Shown: positions 53,715-63,667, counted from the first letter of the whole stretch. The stretch is 63,667 bases of DNA, filler included, from 8 parts of 8 records of this genome joined end to end with filler, not necessarily neighbours in it, one strand, 5' to 3'. Made by a program: numbers and translations. The notes: a model not told the origin generated them from the sequence alone.

Positions 53715-54857
53715 TCAGTATCCGCGTTGCACGCGGCTGAAGGTTTCCGACCAGTCCTGTTCGTTGCCGTTCCAGTAATCCGGGACCGCAAAGGTCAGGC
53801 CCGCCAGGGTGCCGGTCGGATCGAAGGCAGGCAGGGTTGGGATCTTGTCGCCCAGATCGACCTGCGTCGGGTCGAGCGCGGGCGGATAGTTCTGCCCTTC
53901 TGCCACCGCGATGGATGTCGCCGGATCCAGCATGAAGTTCAGCAATTCCTCGCAGGCCTCCAGCGGAGATCCGGCGATCACGAACAGGCATTCCTGCCAG
54001 CCAAAGCCATTGGGCGGGTCGATATAACCGATGTCATGTCCCTGTTCCTGCAACGCGAAGATGCGACCGGACCAGGCTTCGGTGACGTGGATTTCGCCCT
54101 CGGCCAGCAGGCTCATCAGCTCGGCGCCCGAGGTCCAATAGCGCAGGGCCAGGTCGCGGTGCTGGCGCACAGCGTCCCAGACGGCTTCCATGTCTTCGAT
54201 GGCGTTCGGATCCTGACCGGTTTGCAGCGCGCCATACCAGATCCGGGTGCGCCAGTCGTTCCAGCCGCCGATCTTGCCCTCGTAGGCTGCGTTGATCAGC
54301 AGGCCCGCGCCTTGCGCCTGCGCCTCTTCGTCCGAGATATAGGCGCGGTTATAGGCGATGCCGGTGGTGCCGTAGTCGTAGGGCACTGCCGAGAGCGACC
54401 CACCGCTGATCGCGCGCAGCGGATCGGACAGGGCCTGGATGCACAGGCCCAGATTGGGGATGTTGGCCTCGTTCAGTTCCACCGACAGGCCAAGGTTGTG
54501 ATAGCGCGCATAGTCGAAAACGCCGGACAGGTGAGCGATATTGTATTCGCCGGGCTGGCTGGTGCGCACGCGGGCCAGATATTCGTCGCCGCCACCGAAA
54601 GTACCATCGACCACGTTGATGCCGCTGGCCGCCGTATAGGGGTCGAAGGCATGTTCGCGGAAGGCCTCGGACACGATGCCGCCCCAGCCGTCGAACCGTA
54701 CTTGTGTGACATCCTGCGCAGCGGCGTAGCGCGCGAAAGGCGTCTGCACGCCATAGGCGAGGCCCGCGGCACCGATCAGCCCGAGGAAATTGCGCCGCTC
54801 GATGTCGCCATTCTGGAAACGTTCCAGAAGCCGTTGATAACGTGTGGTATTGTCCAT
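53715..54857 (-). CDS. PotD-like substrate-binding protein with Tat-type signal
   Basis: ERRNFLG twin-arginine motif; VPYDYGTTGIAYN, AWSG. Confidence 0.88.
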   Translation of the reverse strand: MDNTTRYQRLLERFQNGDIERRNFLGLIGAAGLAYGVQTPFARYAAAQDVTQVRFDGWGGIVSEAFREHAFDPYTAASGINVVDGTFGGGDEYLARVRTSQPGEYNIAHLSGVFDYARYHNLGLSVELNEANIPNLGLCIQALSDPLRAISGGSLSAVPYDYGTTGIAYNRAYISDEEAQAQGAGLLINAAYEGKIGGWNDWRTRIWYGALQTGQDPNAIEDMEAVWDAVRQHRDLALRYWTSGAELMSLLAEGEIHVTEAWSGRIFALQEQGHDIGYIDPPNGFGWQECLFVIAGSPLEACEELLNFMLDPATSIAVAEGQNYPPALDPTQVDLGDKIPTLPAFDPTGTLAGLTFAVPDYWNGNEQDWSETFSRVQRGY

Positions 54858-54912
54858 CTTGTGATCTCCCTGTTGGTGAGGTCTGAGGTGAAAGGGTGGG
54901 TTTGGTTTGCGC

Positions 54913-55704
54913 TCAGTCGGCCCGATCGCGCCGCATTGCCAGTTTTCGCGAAATCGCCAGCCCAAGCAGCGGCAGCCCGGCGGTGATCAGGATCATCAAG
55001 GTGCCAAGCGCGTTGATCTCGGGGCTGATGGAATTGCGCAGCATTGCGAAGATCTGTGTCGGCACGGTTTCCACGCCGCCGGGTTTCCAGAACAGTGTGC
55101 CGGTGATGTCGTCAAAGCTGATGGTGAAGGCGAAAAGCCCGCCCGCCGCGACCGCCGGCATCAGTAGCGGCAGGGTGATGGTCAGAAAGGTCTGAATGGG
55201 CGAGGCACCAAGGCTCATCGCGGCCTCCTCGACATCGCGCCGGATACCGACAAGCCGCGCCTGCACCACAAGGATCACGAAGGGCAGGGTGAAGATGACA
55301 TGGCCAAAGAGCAGCAGGGTAAAGCTTTTGTGGATGCCAAGGAATTGCAGGAACAGCAGCAGCGCGACGGCCAGCACCACCTCGGGCACCAGAATGGGGG
55401 CAATCAGGATGGTGGAAATCGTGTTGCGAAAGGGGATGTTGTAGCGCACCAGCGCGAGGCTGGCCAAGACGCCCAGGGTGGTGGAGATCAGCGCCGTCAA
55501 TGCCCCGAGCGTCAGCGAGGTGCGCAGCGCCCGCAGGATCGCGTCATTGTCGAACAGCTCGCCGAACCAGCGCAGCGACAGGCCGGTCATCGGGAAGGAT
55601 CCGAACTGGTTGGCGTTGAACGACAACAGCACCACGACCGCAATGGGCAGGAACATGAACAGATAGACCAGAACGGTCCAGACCCTGATCAGACGCCATC
55701 CCAT
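54913..55704 (-). CDS. PotC-like ABC permease
   Basis: FMFLPI, EEAAMSLGA, FTISFDD, SPEINALGT. Confidence 0.9.
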   Translation of the reverse strand: MGWRLIRVWTVLVYLFMFLPIAVVVLLSFNANQFGSFPMTGLSLRWFGELFDNDAILRALRTSLTLGALTALISTTLGVLASLALVRYNIPFRNTISTILIAPILVPEVVLAVALLLFLQFLGIHKSFTLLLFGHVIFTLPFVILVVQARLVGIRRDVEEAAMSLGASPIQTFLTITLPLLMPAVAAGGLFAFTISFDDITGTLFWKPGGVETVPTQIFAMLRNSISPEINALGTLMILITAGLPLLGLAISRKLAMRRDRAD

Positions 55705-56591
55705 CAGCCCAGTCCCTTCATCAATTGGCCCATGCCAAGGAAGTGGTTGTAGAGCATCACCAAAGCGCCAAGCACGCCAAGCAACAGCAGCGACAGCGCC
55801 GCGCCGAGCGGCCAGTTCAACTGGGTGATGATCGCCTCATAGACGAGGTTCGCGAACATCGCGTCGCGCGGCCCGCCAAGCACGGCGGGGGTAATGTAAG
55901 TGCCCGCGCCAAGCACGAAACACAGCAGGCCTCCGGCAGCCAGACCCGGCAACGACAGGGGCAGGGTGACTTGCAGGAAACTTTGCCATTTGGTGGCCCC
56001 GAGCGAGCCTGCCGCATCTTCCAGCGTTTCATCTACGCCATCGAGGCTGACATAGACATTGAGAACCATGAACGGCAGCAGGAAATGCACAAGGCCCAGG
56101 ATCACCGTCGTTTCATTATACAGCATCTGTATGGGTTCGCTGATGATCCCCAGCCATTGCAGCGCGGTGTTCAGTGCGCCGGATGTGCCGAGGATGTAAA
56201 TCCAGCTCATGGTGCGGATGATGTAGCTGATCCAGAACGGTAGCATCAAAAGCAGCAACAGCAGCGCCTTGTTGCCCTTGGCCCGTGCGATGAAATAGGC
56301 GGCGGGATAGCCCATCAGCGCGCAGATCACCGTGGTGATCGCAGCAATGCGCAGCGTGGTCAGCAGGATATCTCGAAAGAACCTGTCGGTCAGAACGTCG
56401 GCCCAGTTGTCGGTGTGGAACCCCGGCTGCACATCGCCCACGGATGTCCGCAGCCAGAAGGAATAGACCACGATGAAAAGGACCGGCACGATCAGCAGCA
56501 GCGTGATCACCAGCAGCGACGGTGACAGCAGAATCCAGGGCTGGCGGGCCTCGCGGGCTTCGATGGACATGCGCTTCCTCGGTTGCGGCAT
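55704..56591 (-). CDS. PotB-like ABC permease
   Basis: GYPAAY, PFWISYIIR, LPFMVL, LPLSLPG, NWPLGAA; start may be 56570. Confidence 0.9.
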   Translation of the reverse strand: MPQPRKRMSIEAREARQPWILLSPSLLVITLLLIVPVLFIVVYSFWLRTSVGDVQPGFHTDNWADVLTDRFFRDILLTTLRIAAITTVICALMGYPAAYFIARAKGNKALLLLLLMLPFWISYIIRTMSWIYILGTSGALNTALQWLGIISEPIQMLYNETTVILGLVHFLLPFMVLNVYVSLDGVDETLEDAAGSLGATKWQSFLQVTLPLSLPGLAAGGLLCFVLGAGTYITPAVLGGPRDAMFANLVYEAIITQLNWPLGAALSLLLLGVLGALVMLYNHFLGMGQLMKGLG

Positions 56592-56649
56592 TGGCGCGAG
56601 GATGCGAATGCGTTAAGCATAGATCAAATAGATAATAGGTATTCTAATA

Positions 56650-56664
56650 ATAGGCTAAACCTAT
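56650..56664. promoter_or_regulatory. LysR-type T-N11-A operator
   Basis: ATAG-N7-CTAT inverted repeat in the AT-rich divergent gap, overlapping the lysR ATG. Confidence 0.6.
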
Positions 56665-57631
56665 GGCTGTGGAAGACTCGCGCCTATCCCCCGACCGCAT
56701 CCTGCGGGAACTGGACTGGAACCTGTTGCGCACCTTTGTGATTCTGGCGCAATCGCAGTCGATCACCGATGCAGCACGCAAGATGAACCTGGCTCAGCCC
56801 TCGGTCTCGGCGGCGTTGCAACGGCTGGAGGACCGGATCGGCCGCCGCCTGATCGACCGAAAACCGGGGCATTTCCAGCTGACAGAGGCCGGCGAGAGGC
56901 TGTTTGCCGAGGCATTGGAGATTCAAGGCTCGATCCTGCGGCTGACAACGCTGATGCGGGACATGACGGATGAGGTGCGCGGCCATGTGCAGGTCGCGCT
57001 GGCCAGCCATGTCGTGTGCCCGCTGCTCGATCAGGCTCTGGCGGAGTTTCATGCCGCCCATCCCAAAGCCACGCTGTCTTTCGATGTCAGCACCAGCGCC
57101 CAGACTGTTGCCGCCGTCAGCGCCCGAAGCGCAAGCTTTGCCATCTGTCTTGTGCGCGACCGTGACCCCAAGCTGGAATATCGCAGGCTTTACCGGGAAT
57201 TCTTTGGCCTGTTCTGCGGTCCGCCACATCCGCTGTTCGGCAAGGAAGGGCTGTCGCGCAGTGATCTGGCGGGGCACAACACGGTCAGCTTTCAGACCGA
57301 CCGATTGCAGGATGTTCTGAAACCGGTGGCCCTGCTGCGCGCCGAATCCGATATCGGTGAACAGGTCGTGGGCACGTCGAGCCATCTGGAGGAGGTCCGG
57401 CGGATGATCGTCGCCGGTCTGGGGATCGGGCCGCTGCCGGTCCATGTGGCGGCGCGCGATGTGCGGGACGGGCTTTTGTGGCGGCTGCCGCCCTACGACA
57501 ACCCGCCCGCCGTGGATGTGCATGTTGTCTGGAACCCCCGGACCCGGATGAACCGGGCCGAGGAGTCATTGCTTGAAAGGATCCTCGAAAAGATTGATGC
57601 GACCCCGATCGAGGATCGCACCTATCGCTGA
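56663..57631 (+). CDS. LysR-type transcriptional regulator
   Basis: LDWNLLRTF...SITDAA...QPSVSAALQRLE...LTEAG; divergent from the ABC/catabolic operon. Confidence 0.93.
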   Translation: MAVEDSRLSPDRILRELDWNLLRTFVILAQSQSITDAARKMNLAQPSVSAALQRLEDRIGRRLIDRKPGHFQLTEAGERLFAEALEIQGSILRLTTLMRDMTDEVRGHVQVALASHVVCPLLDQALAEFHAAHPKATLSFDVSTSAQTVAAVSARSASFAICLVRDRDPKLEYRRLYREFFGLFCGPPHPLFGKEGLSRSDLAGHNTVSFQTDRLQDVLKPVALLRAESDIGEQVVGTSSHLEEVRRMIVAGLGIGPLPVHVAARDVRDGLLWRLPPYDNPPAVDVHVVWNPRTRMNRAEESLLERILEKIDATPIEDRTYR

Positions 57632-57637
57632 GCTGCC

Positions 57638-57977
57638 TTAGCCGACAACCGCCTGAATGCCGAAGAACAGCACCGCAGACATGATCGCCGCCGCAGGCAC
57701 GGTGATGATCCACGCCGCGATGATGGTCATGAAATGCGACCGTCGCACCAGTTTGCGGCGGCGGCGTTCCTCTGGCGCGATGCGGTTTTCATCCGGCATG
57801 TTCACGCGGGCCAGCCGCAACCGGCGTTCCGCGTCCCATTCCCGGAAGAAGCCGACGCCAAAGACGCCACCCACGGCGATATGGGTGGAACTGACCGGCA
57901 GTCCAAGCCAGCTGGCCACGATGACCGTGATCGCCGCCGACAAGGCGACGCAATAGGCGCGCATCGGGTTCAGCTTG
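57638..57977 (-). CDS. PiT-family inorganic phosphate transporter, C-terminal fragment
   Basis: ASWLGLPVSSTHIAVGGVFGVG, AAWIITVP. Confidence 0.88.
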
Positions 57978-58077
57978 NNNNNNNNNNNNNNNNNNNNNNN
58001 NNNNNNNNNNNNNNNNNNNNNTTAATTAATTAANNNNNNNNNNNNNNNNNNNNNNNNNNNNNNNNNNNNNNNNNNNN
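57978..58077. other. Artificial contig spacer
   Basis: N44-TTAATTAATTAA-N44. Confidence 0.99.
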
Positions 58078-58686
58078 TCAGAGGGCCCACCCTCCCAAGG
58101 AAAATCCGCCGCCGCCTTCGCCAACAATTCCCAACACCCATGCACCACCACGCCGTCCGCTATTCAGCAGATTGTCAGCCTAATTCTTAGGTTGCAGACC
58201 CAAAAAATCGAATCTTCAACCCAGGTGCTTCGTGCTTCTCTCTCCCGGGATCTGCGCCGCATGGCGCGATACACACAAGTATAGACATTAGAAATTATGT
58301 TGTTATCTGGCATCGGGCTGACCGTCACAGAATCGTGAGTTAAGTGCCTGTAATCCCACTTAAGCGTCAGGTAATTTCAAGGTATTTGTCTGGATGATCC
58401 TGATCCTTGCACAAATTACGTGGCCCGCGCAGGCTGGTTCCACAACTAAAACTGGGAACGAGACAGTGCCGACTATCTCCACTCCAAATCTACTGAGGAA
58501 GAGTGCGGTAGTAAGGTTCCTCAGGAACGCAGCCTCAAAGACAAACAATAGATCAAAAAAGCCTGAGGCCAAAACGAAGCTGCAAGCTGAGATGCAGGAC
58601 TCAAAGCGATCTGTAGACGTTCCAAAATTCTGCCATGCGGCCTACCAAGCACAGCCCGGAGCCATCTCCCGGAAATCCGTAAATAC

Positions 58687-58719
58687 AATGCAGTAGTAAT
58701 GCAGTAATAATGCAGTAGT
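58687..58719. repeat. 3 x 11-bp direct repeat
   Basis: AATGCAGTAGT AATGCAGTAAT AATGCAGTAGT. Confidence 0.85.
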
Positions 58720-58848
58720 TGCCTTGTGCGCCAATCGATGCTAATTGAACTTGCGGAGAGGGGCTGAGCAATCTAAACGGACACTTTGTCCTTACCGCCA
58801 AAAACAACTAATTATAGGCCTGCAACACTCGTCAAAAGAAGGCGCAAT

Positions 58849-59868
58849 ATGCCCAAAATCTACCTCCTACTGTTAACCTGCTTGTGTTTAACTGGCGCTG
58901 AGTTGGCAGCACAGCAAAACCTGATAGTGCCCCTGCACGACGGAAATGTCTGGATCTATGCCGTAGATGTGCATTCTGAAGGCCGAGACATGGCCGGCAA
59001 ACCGCTGGAGACCAACAGTTGGGGCACGGAAACCTGGACTGTGGCCGGAGATACGATTGTAAATGGTCTCAATGTTAAGCGAATCTACATCGAAACAGAT
59101 ATCCGCGGAGAATCACACAAACGCCGCGAAGAATTGGTCTACGTAGATTCAATGAAGATGAGCCGAATAGAATTGAATAGTGAATGTGTTGGAAAAACCA
59201 CAATCCAGTTCGATTACATCAACAATTCTGACAGTATTACATTTACAGACTCATTGCTGTGCGCATATACGGATCCATATGAGGCCGCGTTTGCCACACA
59301 CTACAATTTTAAACGCGTCACAGATGTTAAACGCGGAAATATTTTTGACGTCTCATTAGATGCCGATCTGCGCCTGGTTAACAACATCGTGTTTGAGACT
59401 GCTTCGAATGAAAGTACCACCTGTGCTGCCGGATTTGGTTTGTTGCAAATGCGCACAAACTTCTGGCATGGCGGCGGCACCCAGGGTGGCTACAGCAGCA
59501 GCCGTGTTTTGCGCGGCGCAATTATCGACGGCAAACACTATGGCGATACAGATGTGACAACTGATGTTCCGCAGAACGCGGTAAACGATGGCCAGTCGTA
59601 TGATGGAGCACATGAAATTCGCGTCTTTCCCAACCCGGTTAATGGTCCTGTCAGCTTCAAAGTCCGCAGTACTGGAACTGATGTTAACATTCGCCTCATA
59701 GACATGCTCGGACGCGACCTGGGGGTAATTGCCAATGGTAGATTGGAAGAAAATCAAAATGTCATGTTCCTGAATACCATTCTGCGCAACACACAAAGCG
59801 GTTCATACTTTGCCGTGCTCCAGGTTGATGGTATTGCACGGACGCATAGTTTAATCCTGGTAGAGTGA
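58849..59868 (+). CDS. T9SS-secreted protein, paralog 1
   Basis: Signal peptide, PLHDGNVWIY, GFG, LRGAIIDGKHYGDT, CTD (VFPNP...IDMLGR...SGSYF). Confidence 0.85.
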   Translation: MPKIYLLLLTCLCLTGAELAAQQNLIVPLHDGNVWIYAVDVHSEGRDMAGKPLETNSWGTETWTVAGDTIVNGLNVKRIYIETDIRGESHKRREELVYVDSMKMSRIELNSECVGKTTIQFDYINNSDSITFTDSLLCAYTDPYEAAFATHYNFKRVTDVKRGNIFDVSLDADLRLVNNIVFETASNESTTCAAGFGLLQMRTNFWHGGGTQGGYSSSRVLRGAIIDGKHYGDTDVTTDVPQNAVNDGQSYDGAHEIRVFPNPVNGPVSFKVRSTGTDVNIRLIDMLGRDLGVIANGRLEENQNVMFLNTILRNTQSGSYFAVLQVDGIARTHSLILVE

Positions 59869-59898
59869 TCGGATTTGAAGCAAATAGGAGAGCAAAAC

Positions 59899-60960
59899 AT
59901 GATTGCATCAAATATGGACCAACTTTTTGGCACTATGCGAATTGCCATGCTAATGGCTTGCTGCTTATTCCTGACTGCGCAGGTCGGCAGCATCCAGGCA
60001 CAGGTCGACTTAATTGTTCCATTTGAAATCGGCGACAAATGGGTCTACAGCGGCTCCCGCTCTGAGCAAAGCAATTGGCCGCTGGACGAAGACGGCAATA
60101 AAATGAAATCGTCGAGTTATAGAATGGTTTGGGTTGTAGTTGGCGATTCATTTTTGAACGGACGTTCGGTAAAAGTTATCCGCAAGGATTTTTATACCTT
60201 CAATGGTGAGCTAAGCGGCACAAGCAAGGACTTGTTTACGGTAGACTCAAGCAAGATGCAGTTCCTGGACAGTGACTGCGAACACAGTGGTGTAGAATGG
60301 CGCGACTACCTAAATACGGATTTACAACAGGATTTTACTGAAAAACTCGTTTGCCCGCTTGATCCGGATCCTGATCGTGAATTCCACCCAGACTCGCTAC
60401 TCCTCTCATTTAAACGCCTTCCCGGCAGCGCTCCAAGCCAAGTTTTTGGCAATGTGGCAAACCGCGAAGAGCACACTACACGCCGAACTGATATGGAGGG
60501 TTTTGGTTTTGACACGCGGATCAGTGCTCCCGGAGTGGGACTACTGAGCTTTAGCAGTCAGTATACGGTGCCATTCATTGGCAACCATCAATACTATCAC
60601 AGTTACAATCTTGTCGGCGCTGTGATTGCCGGCGAACACTATGGTGACACGCGCCTGACGACTTCGGTAGAAAACTCGGATCAGCATGCGGCGGCGGACG
60701 GGGCGGAATTAACAATCTACCCGAATCCGTTAAACAATCAGGCGACAATGCTTTTAAACAGCTCAGGTTCGCAGTATAAAGTCTCCCTCAGGGATATGTT
60801 GGGTCGTGATATTGGAATCCTGGCCGAAGGACGTATAGATAACCCCGGCCAACAAACGCTGAATGTTAACACAAGCAATCTGGCGGCCGGCAACTACATG
60901 GCGATTCTGGAAGTTGATGGCCGCATGCAGGCTACAACACTTTTGCTTAAACTACCCTAA
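59899..60960 (+). CDS. T9SS-secreted protein, paralog 2
   Basis: PFEIGDKWVY, GVG, LVGAVIAGEHYGDT, CTD (IYPNP...DMLGR...LAAGNY). Confidence 0.85.
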   Translation: MIASNMDQLFGTMRIAMLMACCLFLTAQVGSIQAQVDLIVPFEIGDKWVYSGSRSEQSNWPLDEDGNKMKSSSYRMVWVVVGDSFLNGRSVKVIRKDFYTFNGELSGTSKDLFTVDSSKMQFLDSDCEHSGVEWRDYLNTDLQQDFTEKLVCPLDPDPDREFHPDSLLLSFKRLPGSAPSQVFGNVANREEHTTRRTDMEGFGFDTRISAPGVGLLSFSSQYTVPFIGNHQYYHSYNLVGAVIAGEHYGDTRLTTSVENSDQHAAADGAELTIYPNPLNNQATMLLNSSGSQYKVSLRDMLGRDIGILAEGRIDNPGQQTLNVNTSNLAAGNYMAILEVDGRMQATTLLLKLP

Positions 60961-60998
60961 ATCAAAAAAACGCCCGCTTAACATTAATTGTGACGCTT

Positions 60999-62033
60999 AT
61001 GAAAATTTTCATAACATCGAGTGCACTCATAATTGCAATTTTTCACTGTTGTTTAAGTAGTCCGTCGCTGCAGGCCCAGCCAGATGCGGTTGTTCCACTC
61101 GAAATTGGAAATATGTGGATCTATGGCTGGGAGTATGAGTATGTTGAATCGCGCCTGGGAGGTGGCAACAGGTCACTTTGGGGCACACAAGTTTGGGAAG
61201 TTGTGGCAGACACGATTGTTGATGATCACGAGGCGTTCATCATTTCGGTCTATGGCATCGGTGAGCACTCCTCAACTAAAAGTATTACCGTGGCCAGAGC
61301 GGATTCGAGTCTCTTTGCTATGACTACCGAGGACTATTGCACTCTGGATACACTTTCGAGCACAAATATTCCCAGAAGGCTGCGCACATTGTACGATGCA
61401 GAACTACCTGTTAAGGCCCAAAAAATTGATTCTGTGATTTGCCAGTCGGACGAAAGTTTAACTTCACTGAGTCTCAGCCTGGAACGTGGGCAGGCAGAGG
61501 CCGGTTCCAGCATTTTTGGTGTTGCTGCCGTCAGCGAATCCCGCCACTATTACATGAATACCTTTGAACACAGCCTCACCGTCGAAACTTCCTGCCTCCA
61601 TGGCTTCGGAATCACCAGGCGCAAAGAAGTCAGTAATAACCGTGGTTCACAGTCCTCCAGTACCTTCGACTTCAGCTTACGCGGCGCTATCATTGGTGGA
61701 GTTCGCTATGGCGACACAGATCTAACGACTTCAGTTAACGACCAATTACAACGCCCCACTGCTGGTGAAGCTCGCATAGTTAGTATTCCCAACCCAATTG
61801 TCCAAACAGTTAACTTTACTCTGTGGGGCGTCCCCAAGGATCCAAACTTCAAAGTTGAGATTTTTGACATGATGGGCCGCAAAGCCGATCTCGACATTCA
61901 GGGTCAGTTTGATAAGCTTGGTTATCAGGAAATCAATTTTGATGCTTCAGGCTTGGCGCCGGGCAGCTATTTTGCGGCACTAAAATATGATGGCAAGATT
62001 CAGGCGAATGTTTTAGTACTTAAACAACCGTAG
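60999..62033 (+). CDS. T9SS-secreted protein, paralog 3
   Basis: PLEIGNMWIY, GFG, LRGAIIGGVRYGDT, CTD (IPNP...IFDMMGR...LAPGSYF). Confidence 0.85.
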   Translation: MKIFITSSALIIAIFHCCLSSPSLQAQPDAVVPLEIGNMWIYGWEYEYVESRLGGGNRSLWGTQVWEVVADTIVDDHEAFIISVYGIGEHSSTKSITVARADSSLFAMTTEDYCTLDTLSSTNIPRRLRTLYDAELPVKAQKIDSVICQSDESLTSLSLSLERGQAEAGSSIFGVAAVSESRHYYMNTFEHSLTVETSCLHGFGITRRKEVSNNRGSQSSSTFDFSLRGAIIGGVRYGDTDLTTSVNDQLQRPTAGEARIVSIPNPIVQTVNFTLWGVPKDPNFKVEIFDMMGRKADLDIQGQFDKLGYQEINFDASGLAPGSYFAALKYDGKIQANVLVLKQP

Positions 62034-62379
62034 CCGACCGACACGTTTGTACCAGGACTCTCCACTGGGAGCCTGCAGGCCGATTACTTCGGCTTGGACT
62101 CTTTCTGCATTCATTGATTCTATCTACCTCACTTCACTCCGCGACTTCTCGCTATGACAGATGGACACCTTAAATTGCTCTCCTGACCAGAGTTTAAGCA
62201 AAACCATCTTGTTTGTCGCTCGGTCAAAAGCCGGAAGTTGTTAAGTTGCCGAAATTCGATAAGATGACCTAATGTTAAACCTACAAAACGGCGCAATGTT
62301 GCGCAAAGAATCGGGCCCTCAAGCTACCGGCCCCGCAGTCTTCATTCGGAGCCGGCAGCTAAACCACAGCATCTGGTAG

Positions 62380-62925
62380 TTAACGCTCTACCACAAAACT
62401 TTGACTGGCTGTGTGACTTCCCTGCGCAAACATGAGCACATACACGCCGGTGGCATACTTGCCAATATTCAACTCAATGGATTGGCGCGCGTGGCCGGCT
62501 ACAAAACGCATCCGCTCCACTTCTACGCCCAGCAGATTGTAGATCCTGATATCACAGGGTGCACTCAGCGCCAGATCTTCAAGGGTGACCCGCAAGGCGC
62601 TGGACGCCGGCTGTGGATTGAGTTGAATGTTAACGCGCCGGCTGCCTTCAGCCTGCAGCTCCGCCGAAGAAACAGTACCCGTAAGGAAGTAAAACGGCTC
62701 ATCGTCACCAGAATACCACTCACTGACGCTGCGTGCAGTACGCGCGCGAACGCGAACATAATATACGGCCTCCGGCAGCAGAGTCTCTATGATAATTGAG
62801 GGATCTGTCAGTCCGCTCACATCCACAACAATCTGATCCAACAGTGCAAACACCCAAGTATCGCGCGCAATTTGAATGTCGTATGTGACGGCGTCCGCCA
62901 CAGTCTCCCAAGAAATGCTTGACAC
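62380..62925 (-). pseudogene. FN3 + T9SS CTD fragment lacking a signal peptide
   Basis: ISW...YDIQIA...YYVRVRA (FN3) and NPQPA...IYNLLG...ATGVY (CTD); in-frame TAA directly precedes the GTG. Confidence 0.55.
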
Positions 62926-63667
62926 TTAACAGGACTTTGAACATGACTTAAGATACGACCAGTGTGTTTGCACATGATTTGTCTCCCATTGGAGCAGCCT
63001 GGAGCCTTGATGTGTATGCAGAGTGTCCAGCTGCTTTCCAGCGCAATAAATGATTAACATCCGTAGTTTGCAGAGGCTGTGATGATATAGCTCTGGAATC
63101 GTTTACGCTGACTTGTGGTGCTACTTTTTTTGCCGCCGGACAGCGGCCAGACCGTGACCGCGGCAAGGAACCGCAAAAAAAACGAATCGTTACAGCTTGC
63201 GTGAGAATTTCTGAGAAATGTCTAATCCGGTCAATAAGACAACTGCATGGTTCACGGTTCAACAGCTGCAGTTCCGCTGTTGTAAAATTTCACTTCAGGA
63301 GGCGTTCCAAAACACTACGCGACACATGCACTAAAAGTTAACTCTATTTCAAGCAAGGCCGTTTTGTTTGTCATTGAGATACAAGATTCAGGACTTTTAG
63401 CAGTCACGGAGCCGCAAGAGACAAGGATTTCGAGGGGCCGGCATTTGGGCCTCGGGTGTGCCTCAATCGGCGGGTTTTGCCGCTTGTGCCTCAATTCTTA
63501 TGTACGCGGCTCTGCGGTTGCGAAATGCATGCGCAAGCCAAAAATCATTGAATTTTGTCACTTAAGATTAATTGCCTTGATTTTGAGCGAGAATGTTGGC
63601 AGCTTGGAGGATTAATTGAAATTCTATTTTAAGAGGGGTGTCCTACACGCTGTTAGCCCTTAGGGCT

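Noticed and set aside
58394-58696. 100-aa ORF and GCCTCA...TGAGGC similarity to 31567..31616
   Set aside because: No protein features, and the match is too short to distinguish from chance

Overview
The window is not one replicon. It is eight assembly contigs joined by seven identical 100-bp artificial spacers (44 N + TTAATTAATTAA + 44 N). Contigs 1, 2, 3, 5 and 7 look alphaproteobacterial (Rhodobacteraceae-like). They carry putA plus a TRAP transporter; two orthologous copies of an uncharacterised operon (coiled-coil protein, 372-aa unknown, classic-clade AAA+ ATPase); amino-acid and sugar ABC transporters; and a LysR-linked catabolic cluster (polyamine-type ABC importer, class III aminotransferase, BKACE, GNAT, HDAC-family deacetylase). 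Contig 4 is very GC-rich and looks like one large exon of a eukaryotic Ig-repeat surface protein. Contigs 6 and 8 look FCB/Bacteroidota-superphylum: lysA, a split and convergent moxR/bat locus flanking a 1603-aa repeat protein, and a tandem array of T9SS cargo paralogs. Two candidates stand out as possibly undescribed systems. (i) The coiled-coil/AAA operon has a palindromic operator and RpoH-like promoter conserved in both copies, and one copy carries a variable cassette of two-TM micropeptides, one of them missing from the ORF track. (ii) The contig-7 cluster matches, enzyme class for enzyme class, the biochemically described acetyl-beta-lysine degradation route. All assignments come from motif recognition by eye; no searches were run.
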